Virus record (IMG/VR): IMGVR_UViG_3300045988_174353
Coordinates: 12,580 to 76,579 of that record
DNA: 64,000 bases
Reading direction: 5' to 3' (one strand)
Source: a virus
A program made the position numbers and the translations under genes. The first letter of the stretch is position 1, and every line of letters starts with the position of its first letter. This document shows positions 47,353-56,700 of this stretch, piece by piece. Under the pieces are notes generated by a model, which had not been told where the DNA came from, did no database searches, and saw nothing but the letters and a program-made list of their open reading frames with translations.

Positions 47353-48231
47353 TTAATAAATCAAATAGGCTCTTAAACCTGCGGTCAGGTTGTTGTAAGA
47401 AGAACTTTTAACAGTTACCATCGTAGACCCGCCGCTTGAAATCGACGTCATATTTGAAGTTGATAATTGAAAGCCATTAGAAGAGTCATCAATGGAAAAA
47501 TAATTACCTGATAACAACATTTGTCTATTAAACGCCGTAGAAATCCAATAACCGTTTTTATGCCCCACCGCAAAAATTACAAGCCGACACCACCTTAAAT
47601 CACGAGCAATTGTATAACTTTTAGCCGTTGCGTTTGTCGGCATACTTGTCGTTACTGTTACGGTCTCAATATAATCGTCAGTGCTGAACGTATCTGTCCA
47701 AATCGGAGTTGTTCCGCCTTTTTGAAAAACGCAGTAAGACTTAGCCTTTGCGGGCGCGTAATAATAGGGAAAAGTATCTGATGAGGTAGCCCCTTTGAAC
47801 CCCGACTTAGTAATAGGTGCGTAAATCGTTTTGCCCGCTTGCGACCTGAACGTATTACCATTTATCGAAACTGGGGTAGCCCAGACTGAATTACCCCATA
47901 AAACGTCAGTACTCGTGCCACCAGTCGGCAATGAACTACCGCCCGACGATGACCCGCCTGTATAATTTTCGTCTGTTTTTATAAAAAATTTGCGAGTTTC
48001 ATCTGCTATCGGAAGAGATGTTCCAATGAGAACTTCATCTGTCCCCACGAACGGCAACGCATTGACTAACTTTGTCCCGTCGCCAACCTTAAAACGCGGT
48101 GCAGAATGAGTGCTATCCGCGTCATAAACAATCAGTTCGCCTGCTTCGGGTCTGAAATTTGTCGCTTTCTTCCAATTTGCTTCTGTATCGTGCTTTTGCT
48201 TGATACGTAATTTTGCTGTTTTTTCAGCCAT
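47353..48231 (-). CDS. tail fibre protein with Mtd_N-like N-terminal domain
   Basis: LRIKQKHDTEANWKKATNFRPEAGELIVYDADSTHSAPRFKVGDGTKLVNALPF, then GGSSLPTGGTSTDVLWGNSVWATPVSINGNTFRSQAGKTIYAP. Confidence 0.65.
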   Translation of the reverse strand: MAEKTAKLRIKQKHDTEANWKKATNFRPEAGELIVYDADSTHSAPRFKVGDGTKLVNALPFVGTDEVLIGTSLPIADETRKFFIKTDENYTGGSSSGGSSLPTGGTSTDVLWGNSVWATPVSINGNTFRSQAGKTIYAPITKSGFKGATSSDTFPYYYAPAKAKSYCVFQKGGTTPIWTDTFSTDDYIETVTVTTSMPTNATAKSYTIARDLRWCRLVIFAVGHKNGYWISTAFNRQMLLSGNYFSIDDSSNGFQLSTSNMTSISSGGSTMVTVKSSSYNNLTAGLRAYLIY

Positions 48232-48322
48232 ATATAATCTCCTTTGAATTTATCGCTTTCAAAATCTGGAAACAAGTCGCGTCATCTTTTCAGGCGCGGC
48301 TGAATATACAAATTTAGCCTCG

Positions 48323-48341
48323 GCGGGGAATTGCTCCCCGC
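48323..48341 (-). terminator. GC-rich hairpin after the fibre gene (weak terminator)
   Basis: GCGGGGA-aattg-TCCCCGC, 15 nt after the stop at 48356. No clear U-tract follows. Confidence 0.3.
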
Positions 48342-48355
48342 TTTGGCGTTGAATG

Positions 48356-50017
48356 TTATAATACTGTACTGGACGTTCCGCAATCGATTATCATAATCTG
48401 CGAATCGTCGGACTGGTTTGCGTTAAATATTTCAGTTCCTGCCCTGTCGGTTAATTTACCGCTGTTCGGAGCGATTGCGTCGGGAAGTTTCTTTCTCTCT
48501 ACGGCAATTACACCGTCGGTTTGAGACACTTTCGAAACATAATAATTAGCCTGTTCGGTATCGGTATAATCAAGTTTTCCGATTTCTCTTTGAATTGAAC
48601 CAATCGTCGCCAAATCCATTATTCCTGTTGGCGTGTCAGATTCGCTATTAACCTGACGCAGAAGTCGTGCGCCTACTTTTACCTTATCATTTGCTGAATC
48701 GAAAACTGTAAGTATTTCAACTTCGGAACCTACATCAGGAGTAAAATGTATTGTTTTTGGAGAATATGTTTGTTCTTCAGAAGTTAAATCTTCTTTCCCG
48801 ACAACATAAACAATACCTTGTGCATCTTCTCTCCATGCAGGATTACCGCTTGCGTCGGTCTTCCAAACCTTATTCGCCTGCCCAGAACCTTTCGTTACAT
48901 AACCGTCGGCAGTCTTCGAGTTCGCAACCCATGTATATTTATCGATTTCGCCGTGAATTACGCTCCAGGTCGCCGCTGTAGCACCCGATTTTATCGTTTC
49001 GCAAAGAAGCAAATCGCCAGGGTGAAGAGTTTCGCTGTTATAAGTAAATCCAACCGAAACACGGCAGAAATCGCCTTTGCTATCAGGCTTCAATGCGTTT
49101 AATTCTGCAAGGCTCTTGACGGTACCCAAATACTGAACTGCTCCGACGACCATTTCATCGACTTCGCCTTTTGTATAAACAGGTAAAGTAATCGTACTTG
49201 CCGACGACTGATTCGCTGTAAACGAACCCGTTCCCGAAACATTACCCTCTTTACCGACTTTAATCGTTAAAGCCCCATTACCAACCGTCGGGATAGTCGG
49301 GGGGACAGGAATAGTTATATCAATAGAACTATCAGCAACAGTTGTAACATGTCCATATTCATTTACAGACATTGAAGGAATTTTTATCGTATGTACTTTC
49401 CCGTCCGCTGTTACTTCCGTCGGATTACTTCCCGATGTCCAGGCTCCACTTGCGTGTTCCTTTTTATGCTTAATAGTCTTTTCCGCTGAATCGACTATAA
49501 CCGTTCCATCGCCAGTATAAACCGTATCGGTATCAGTCCACGGAACGGCAACCATTAAATGCCCGTTTTTATCGAGTTCGACAGCATAAATTTTTGAGCC
49601 TGTACCTTTCGAAGCCACCGCGGCATTTTTCGTGTAGTTCACCAAGTCTGCACTAACGGTATAAGCATTAGTCCCTTCGTTTTTTGCAGTTGTTACGCCG
49701 TTTCTGCCCGTAATGCTTGCAACGGGCGGTAAAGTTGCTTTTGCCCATTCGTAAACGTCTGCGGCAAGTCCTGAAGCCCACGGAAGAGAATTAAACGCAG
49801 TTCCCGTGATTTCGCCCGTCGACGAAACCTGTCCGTCGCCGACCTTGAAAAGAATTTGAGGAGCCGAAATAGAATTAACTTCTTTGGTCGGTTTAGCCGC
49901 CACATATACGGCGGCGAGTTCGCCCGCAAGAAGTATCGGATTGTTTTCAGTCCAATTCTCGTAACTGTCGTATTTTAATTTAATACGAGTCTGTAATGTT
50001 TTTTGATTTGTAGCCAT
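48356..50017 (-). CDS. tail fibre protein (553 aa) with Mtd_N-like N-terminal domain
   Basis: TRIKLKYDSYENWTENNPILLAGELAAVYV...ILFKVGDGQ..., followed by a long Thr/Gly/Val-rich beta-type region. Confidence 0.65.
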   Translation of the reverse strand: MATNQKTLQTRIKLKYDSYENWTENNPILLAGELAAVYVAAKPTKEVNSISAPQILFKVGDGQVSSTGEITGTAFNSLPWASGLAADVYEWAKATLPPVASITGRNGVTTAKNEGTNAYTVSADLVNYTKNAAVASKGTGSKIYAVELDKNGHLMVAVPWTDTDTVYTGDGTVIVDSAEKTIKHKKEHASGAWTSGSNPTEVTADGKVHTIKIPSMSVNEYGHVTTVADSSIDITIPVPPTIPTVGNGALTIKVGKEGNVSGTGSFTANQSSASTITLPVYTKGEVDEMVVGAVQYLGTVKSLAELNALKPDSKGDFCRVSVGFTYNSETLHPGDLLLCETIKSGATAATWSVIHGEIDKYTWVANSKTADGYVTKGSGQANKVWKTDASGNPAWREDAQGIVYVVGKEDLTSEEQTYSPKTIHFTPDVGSEVEILTVFDSANDKVKVGARLLRQVNSESDTPTGIMDLATIGSIQREIGKLDYTDTEQANYYVSKVSQTDGVIAVERKKLPDAIAPNSGKLTDRAGTEIFNANQSDDSQIMIIDCGTSSTVL

Positions 50018-50035
50018 ATCTTTCTCCTATATATT

Positions 50036-51433
50036 TTACTTTGTAGCGGCACCGCCATCCAAAACAAGTTCCAAATCTCCGTTATAGAGCAAATCCGTAT
50101 TGACCTTATCAAGCGAAAGTTTTCCGTTTTCGACTTTCAAATTCGTTTCGCCGTCTTTAAGCCCACTTATAAACGCAGGCGGTAATTCTCCTATTGAAGT
50201 TTCAAGCGCGGCAACACGTTCAAACAAAGGACCTTTCGTATCGGCTGTACCGACCTCTTCGCGAAGTTTCGCAATTTTACCGAATAAAGTATCGGCGTCC
50301 GAAGAATCAGAAGAACCCCCAACGTCATCGCGAAGATTGCTAATCAATGTGCCTTGATTTTCTACGGTTGTTTTAAGAGTTGTTAAAATGCCGTTTGTTG
50401 TAGCGTCGGCGTCCGCTCTTGCCTTCGCTTCGTCCGCAATTAACTTGAACAAGCCAGTCGCTTCGGTCGAGCCTTCTTTTGCTGAACCGACCTTTTCTAC
50501 AAGTGTATTGACCTTGCCCGAAATCTCCGAAACGGTCGAACTGTCAGCCTTACCGTTTATCGCCGTTTGCAAATCCTGTTCGGCTTGCATTGCTCGATTT
50601 TGTTCGGTTTGTACCGCACTACTGACTTTGCCGATTTCGGCTGTTAAATCTTCTTTTGCTTTAGCGACTTTCTCGTCGACATATTCGTGTGTTGCGTGCT
50701 TCCCTTCGTCACCTAATTCACGCCATGTTTTTAATTTACCGTTATAGATAAATTCTTTATCCCCGAAGAAGCAGATATCACCGTTGTTAAACGAAGTATA
50801 TCCTTCAACCGTCGGTCCGCCTGCACCTGTCGGGTCTGTTGTAGATTCGCCAACATAACGCATACCGCTTTTAACGGTATTTTTTAACGTAGTCACATCG
50901 CCTGAAAGTGTGTCTACAACGTTTTTCTTTGCATAGGTACCTTCAAGCGCAATATTAACCGTTTTGTTTACAGGTGTTACATCTGTCCCGTCAACTTGAA
51001 TTTTGTCGATTTTAGTCGCAGTCAACGTGTCGAGTTTCGCCTTATCTTCTTTCGATAATAAGCCGTCTCTATCGTTCGTGGCAAGAATTAACTTCCCTTC
51101 GATGACTGTGACTCTACCCTTTAGTTTTTCAAATTCCGCGGTTAATTCTTCCGCCGAAGCCGCCTGTCCGAACTTTGTTAAAGTGCCAACTCCATCAACG
51201 TTTTTTGTTATCTGATAAAATCCAATTCCTTGTACTTTATCAACAACTATAATAACTTCACCGAAGAAAAATGCAGAATCCGAACTTCCGACAGGAACAG
51301 CAGTCGCCGCCGCTCGTACTGCTTCATCGTAATCTTCAAAATAACTATTAACTTCTAACGGAAACGCTTTAGTTCTATTGAAGCCCAATAAGAAGTCTAA
51401 TTTACCAAAATTTATGTCTTTTTGTAATGCCAT
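50036..51433 (-). CDS. coiled-coil tail fibre/shaft protein
   Basis: 465 aa with long heptad-like segments (LTAEFEKLKGRVTVIEGKL.., EQNRAMQAEQDLQTAINGK..). Confidence 0.55.
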   Translation of the reverse strand: MALQKDINFGKLDFLLGFNRTKAFPLEVNSYFEDYDEAVRAAATAVPVGSSDSAFFFGEVIIVVDKVQGIGFYQITKNVDGVGTLTKFGQAASAEELTAEFEKLKGRVTVIEGKLILATNDRDGLLSKEDKAKLDTLTATKIDKIQVDGTDVTPVNKTVNIALEGTYAKKNVVDTLSGDVTTLKNTVKSGMRYVGESTTDPTGAGGPTVEGYTSFNNGDICFFGDKEFIYNGKLKTWRELGDEGKHATHEYVDEKVAKAKEDLTAEIGKVSSAVQTEQNRAMQAEQDLQTAINGKADSSTVSEISGKVNTLVEKVGSAKEGSTEATGLFKLIADEAKARADADATTNGILTTLKTTVENQGTLISNLRDDVGGSSDSSDADTLFGKIAKLREEVGTADTKGPLFERVAALETSIGELPPAFISGLKDGETNLKVENGKLSLDKVNTDLLYNGDLELVLDGGAATK

Positions 51434-51446
51434 CTTATCTTTCTCC

Positions 51447-52499
51447 TTAACCTAACGTTACGTTCCAGTTATTTTTCGTACTGTTCGCATTCGCATTATC
51501 TTTATAATAAACGTTATAAGCAATAGCAGTATAACCATTCGCACCCTCTACGTTTACTGTGATTTTTGTAAAACCCGATATTGCTTCGGCGTTCAATCCG
51601 TTTACGTCTTTTATCGAAGTGCAACTCAACGTCGCGGGAACAGCGATTATAACTCGCATTGCACCGACATCTTCGGGACAGTTAAAGTTTTTTCCTCTAT
51701 TCCAAGCCGCATTAGACTTCCTTAACGCTCTTATAACGGCACTTGTCGGCGTACCCGCCTTACTCGTTACGCTTCCGTAAAATACGTTTCTATAACCCGT
51801 TATCGCGTTCGACGTTGCATTCTTCGTCCCTGCCACAATTTTAAGATTTGGCACTTCGACCTCTAAATTGTTTTTAGGCGCGTTCGTCGCGGCTCCATGT
51901 GTAATCTTCGCCGTGAGTTTATAGTTTGTACCATCTGCAACCGTTATCTCTGTAAAACTGCCCGTCGCAGTAGTTTTTGTCGTTGTACCGTCGCTTATCT
52001 CGTAGCCCGTAGCCGTAACACCAGTTGCAGGTCCGTATTGATATGAACCCGCATTGAGCGACGCTGTATAAGTCGGAGTAACTTTCGTACCAACCTCTTT
52101 AGCACCTTGTTCATTAAGTCTTATGCTCGCCGACGGTTGGATTACGTGCGGATTTTCTGCTTTGCCTGTCAAATTTTGCAACCAATTCTGAACACTTAGT
52201 GGGTTGCCGTTTGAATCTTGATACGGGATTCTTACACTGCCCGTACTCCCAGGCGTCCACACCCCGATAGCCTTAGTTGCTACAACGTCGGCAGTCATAA
52301 AAACATGGTCTGCGTCAAGCGTAATATCTACCGCGTAATCAAGTTGCGTCCATGTTTTTACGCCATCGCCGAACTTGAATTTGTTGGTATCGACTTCAAT
52401 ACCCATTTCGCCTTTATGCAAAACGGGATTTTTAGTCGTCCAATTTGCCGCGGTAGCGTTACGAATTATTATCGTAACGTTCATATTTTTTGCCGCCAT
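51447..52499 (-). CDS. tail fibre/baseplate protein with Mtd_N-like N-terminal domain
   Basis: IIIRNATAANWTTKNPVLHKGEMGIEVDTNKFKFGDGVKTWTQLDY. Confidence 0.6.
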   Translation of the reverse strand: MAAKNMNVTIIIRNATAANWTTKNPVLHKGEMGIEVDTNKFKFGDGVKTWTQLDYAVDITLDADHVFMTADVVATKAIGVWTPGSTGSVRIPYQDSNGNPLSVQNWLQNLTGKAENPHVIQPSASIRLNEQGAKEVGTKVTPTYTASLNAGSYQYGPATGVTATGYEISDGTTTKTTATGSFTEITVADGTNYKLTAKITHGAATNAPKNNLEVEVPNLKIVAGTKNATSNAITGYRNVFYGSVTSKAGTPTSAVIRALRKSNAAWNRGKNFNCPEDVGAMRVIIAVPATLSCTSIKDVNGLNAEAISGFTKITVNVEGANGYTAIAYNVYYKDNANANSTKNNWNVTLG

Positions 52500-52520
52500 A
52501 CTGTTTTCTCCTGCTATGAA

Positions 52521-53699
52521 TTACGCTTCGCCGCCGTTTATGATAATTTCGTCGTCCGCGAATATAATATCCGATTTCTTTATGGTTTTTACCAGTTCGG
52601 TACCGTCCATAATTTGCGTGCCGATAGGACGGGCTTCGAGTTTGGTAAGTTTCTTATTGACTTCTTCAAAATTCTTATCAACTTCGCCCTGGTCTGCAAT
52701 TGTCGGCTTGTTTCGAATGTACGCAGGACTTGTTGCGTCTTCTTCTTTCCAGTCGGGTTTCGTACTCGCAACGGCGATTTTCGCAAACGCCTTTTTGAGT
52801 TCGCCCATAATGTCGTTATAACGAACAGAAACTTGCTGGTCTATTATCGACCTGTTATATCCGACTGTCTTTTCAACCAATACTTCAACAGGCGAAAACG
52901 GATATCTTTCAACGCTACCGTCTTTGTCTATGACAGTATCGGACGGGCTGTACAAAACCAACATTTCCCAAATGCCTAACGTCGGATTCCACTGCCAAAC
53001 GTCGTAGAAGTCTATCGTTTGTTTTGTTGCGTTGTATTTTGCTCTTACATATAATTCATCCGTATTCGTTTCGGGAGCGGCAACGGGTTCGTCTTCGCCA
53101 ACGTTGACAGTCGATTCGCTATTCGCCAATAAGTTCCACAGATTTATCGTCGAAGTGCCTGTACGTACTTTCGCTTCTATTTTCTGTGTTTGCGTATTGT
53201 ACGAATACGCAATACCGCGTTCTCCGTTGGCTAATTTATAATTGCCTTTATTCCAAATGGTAGTTTCGGCAATTTTCACATAATCTTGTGTCGTAAGGTC
53301 GTTTGCCGCGGTGAAATGCAGTTCAACTTTACCCCAAAAATCCCGCGACGTACTCGCAGGAACATGGAATTTATACATAAGATAAACATTGCCAGGTATC
53401 AGATTGTATACAACCTCGGAACCGTACAATCTCTCAAATGTAGACAGTTCGCCGTCAAGCGGTCCGTCAGGCGTAAAATCAATAGTCGAAACAGTCGCGT
53501 CTACCCCATCCAAACCTTGCGGAGTGACAATTTTCAAACTCATTAACGCCGAGTTCCTTTCGCCTATATGCCACCCTTTTGCTAACCAAAAATCGTAGTC
53601 AAGGCAGACGGTGATATGCAAATCACCGCCTTGCCTTAATTTCTCGCCATGGTCTATTTTGGTCTTTAATACGCCCTCTTTGTCAAAATAAAGATACAT
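52521..53699 (-). CDS. tail/baseplate structural protein
   Basis: 392-aa ORF, first gene after the promoter at 53720-53748. Antisense ORFs 52218..52979 and 52375..52821 rejected. Confidence 0.55.
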   Translation of the reverse strand: MYLYFDKEGVLKTKIDHGEKLRQGGDLHITVCLDYDFWLAKGWHIGERNSALMSLKIVTPQGLDGVDATVSTIDFTPDGPLDGELSTFERLYGSEVVYNLIPGNVYLMYKFHVPASTSRDFWGKVELHFTAANDLTTQDYVKIAETTIWNKGNYKLANGERGIAYSYNTQTQKIEAKVRTGTSTINLWNLLANSESTVNVGEDEPVAAPETNTDELYVRAKYNATKQTIDFYDVWQWNPTLGIWEMLVLYSPSDTVIDKDGSVERYPFSPVEVLVEKTVGYNRSIIDQQVSVRYNDIMGELKKAFAKIAVASTKPDWKEEDATSPAYIRNKPTIADQGEVDKNFEEVNKKLTKLEARPIGTQIMDGTELVKTIKKSDIIFADDEIIINGGEA

Positions 53700-53719
53700 T
53701 TTACTACTACCTCGTTCCT

Positions 53720-53748
53720 ATTGTAGCACGATTTTTTTATTTTCGCAA
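53720..53748 (-). promoter_or_regulatory. putative promoter inside the tail module
   Basis: Minus strand reads TTGCGA (53748-53743), 17-nt spacer, TACAAT (53725-53720). A GAGG RBS precedes ATG 53699. Confidence 0.5.
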
Positions 53749-53770
53749 CATTTTTTGAAAAGTTTTTGAA

Positions 53771-56700
53771 TTAAATTGCAAAGAACGGAGAAATTGCGCC
53801 TGTATCACCGCCACTTACCAATGAACCAAATGCCCTATACAACAACGGCGTTCCACCGCCAACCGATTCGCTATCCCTTAAAAACCACACACCTGCTGTC
53901 TCTGTTCCGACAATATTTTTTGTGTATTTCTTGATTGTTTTATAATACTGTAATTGCGAAATATTAACATTTCCCGAACCAGTAATTTCAGTATAGGACG
54001 GAAGGAATAATTTCCCTTGTGTTTCTCTCCCCGCAGGGCGAACATTGCCAGGAAGTTCAAAATCATAAACAGTGTATTTAACCTCTTTTATTACAGCCTG
54101 CAAATCATCGGGTAGTAAGTCAAAGAATGACGGTAAAATAGTTGTCTGAATGTCAGAACCTACATATAAAGTTTTGGGGTTAAGAACAGGGGTAAAATCT
54201 GTTTGTCCTTCCAAATTTATACATTCTACAAATTCAAAAATAATATGCGGGACTTCTCCTCCGTCGATGGGATATACATGCCCAGGTCTTGTTTCAACAA
54301 GCCGCACAATATATTGTCTACCGTCTTTAGTCGTGACTGTTTTAGTATCTCCAATATTCCAAACTGGAAGTGCCATATCACTTTCCGCAATACGTTTTAT
54401 ATCAGCCCAAGACGTATCGTTTAGGCTCTTTGTAACAAGCGGAACTTCAACGCTTTCAAAAAGTTGCATCCCCCATTTTTTTGCCTGCGGATGTTGAAGA
54501 TAATTTAACGATTTGCCAACGACTTGATGATATTTATTAAAGATTCGCATATCTTTTCTTTTTACCGCAGATATATACGCTTTATATGGTTCTTCTTTAT
54601 TATTATCAGAGAAATTTACTCCAAAAACAAAGTGGTAAAGACAATTATTTGGTTCGTAAGAATAATTTACAATCGCTCCTGTTGGTCCAAAATCTTTTTT
54701 ATAAGCCTCGGCATCATCCAAATAATACAATGAAAGACTTTTACAATTATTTACTGGAGTAACAGATACATAACTATTTCCATTTTCGTCCGTATTTAAT
54801 GTCATGTAATCTTTTACATTAAGATTATTTTTATTTGTCAACTCATTATATGTATAGGTTTTTGAAACAATTTCTTTATTGATTGCGTTATCAGAAGGCA
54901 ACAAAACCATATTTTTATGATATAAAATTTTATCTTTTTGAGAAGTCGCAATTTGTAAAGAAATTTCTTGCTTTTGCAAATCCAAAATATTATGCCCATT
55001 CCATTCAAGCCCCCTGTTAGGGATGTAATAGTCAAGACTCCCCGCTCTATACATCCAACGCGTTGGACCGCCTAAATAACAGCCTATTTGGACTCCTAAA
55101 AACTGATTATCATTCATCGGATAGGAACTAATAGGATAAGATATAACTTTATTATTGCTTAAATCTTTATAGCGGAATTTTTTAAGCATTGTTTCCGCAT
55201 TAGTAAAAGGGTCTATTTGTCCGTCATCGGCAAGAATCGACATATCAACACCCCCACAAATAGATACAGGGCTAATCAATGACGGGAACCATTCGCTCTT
55301 CAAAAGTCGAGTCTTTCCAAACACACTATTGAATTGACTCTTATCTATAGCACTGCCAGCCTTGTCATCTGCCAATGTGGCAAAATATACCCAACCATCG
55401 CCCGAATTTAATCCACATTGAGTATATTCCTGTATTCCGTTAGGCATTAAAGTTCCGCTAAATGAAGGAATTTGTCCCATGACTGGTAAATAAAATGCAA
55501 AATCTGATATTATGTGTTCGGTGTAAGATATCTCGCCATAATTTGTCGCAGAAAGAGGTTTAGATATCACAAAAAAAGACAATTCACCGCGCAAAAAAGC
55601 CATTACAGGAGTTGAATCTGTATCATTTGTAAATTTTAATTGAATTTTTTTGCCCGTAAACTTATTTAAGAAAATACCACTTGTAAAGTTGTTGTGAAAT
55701 AATTGACTTTTTAGTGAATATTCATCTTTCAGATTGTTAAATTTTATTTCAAAATTTTCTATATTAGGGATTTCTTTTAATCCGTCAATATTCGAAACAG
55801 AGACTAAGTTTTCTTTTCTTATGTTATTTTGTCCAATTTGTAAAATTACGGCAGGAGTCAAATGGACTTCTTGTGTTGACGAGTTAAAAGATGTGCCAAC
55901 AGTAAATATATTGCTATATCCCTCAAACTGGACTGCATACACTTTTATTCCCGACTTAAATCCAACATCTTGTTCTTTTTCGATATCTTCTGCAAATCTA
56001 TGTTTTCCTCCTAAGAGGTCGGACAACTTAAAAATCCAAGGCGATAAAACTATATTATCGCTTAAACATAAATTTTCAAATTGTAAAGTCATATCAATAT
56101 GTTCTTTATTATCTTTACTATACGATTTCTCTACGCCTATTTTATCATTAAGTTCTGTCAACATTTGCGGAGCCGTAAAAATATTAGAAGCATATATTTG
56201 AGCAATTTTATCAGTCGCCTTTTCTGAATTTAGTTTTTTGAAGTTTTCAAAATAGAATAAATCATTATTGTCCTGGTGTCCTACAAAAAAACCTAATCGA
56301 GTCGCATATCCATAATTATCTGTAAAAACGGTAAGTTTTTGTTTACTTCCTGCATAGTCCTTACTATTAGAGCCAAAGAAAAGTTCTTTCCATGTTTTAG
56401 AACTATAATCAAAGACGTCTCCATTGTCATCAATAGCGTTCACAAATGGTTCAAAAGCAGAAATAAATGGACCTTGCGTATAATTATCATTCATTTTTAC
56501 ATTAAAACATAAGTTATTCCCCGCCGCAAAAGCCTGAACATCGGAATAAAATTTTTTGCCATCAGTCAAAATATATCCTGCGTTAATATCATAATCATTG
56601 CGAAATTCGTAGACGCCGATAATATCATCAGCCGTATAAGGAGATAAAAAACTAAATATACGATTAAAAGAATTTACCGAAGATGAAGCGTCAACAATAT

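Noticed and set aside
52218-52979. 253-aa and 148-aa plus-strand ORFs (52218..52979, 52375..52821) antisense to the fibre and baseplate genes
   Set aside because: They span the junction of two well-supported minus-strand genes, lack RBSs and have low-complexity translations. The same reasoning was applied to other antisense or alternative-frame track ORFs. Examples are 4296..4622, 4677..4973, 12525..12947, 22977..23384, 23502..23888, 26563..27042, 35216..35632, 36489..36857, 39745..40089, 50388..50747, 55734..56201, 61074..61475 and 62379..62759.
43555-53699. Diversity-generating retroelement targeting the Mtd_N-like fibre genes
   Set aside because: There is no reverse transcriptase ORF and no obvious template/variable repeat pair in this window. 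I only scanned by eye, so a computational repeat search over the full genome is still needed.
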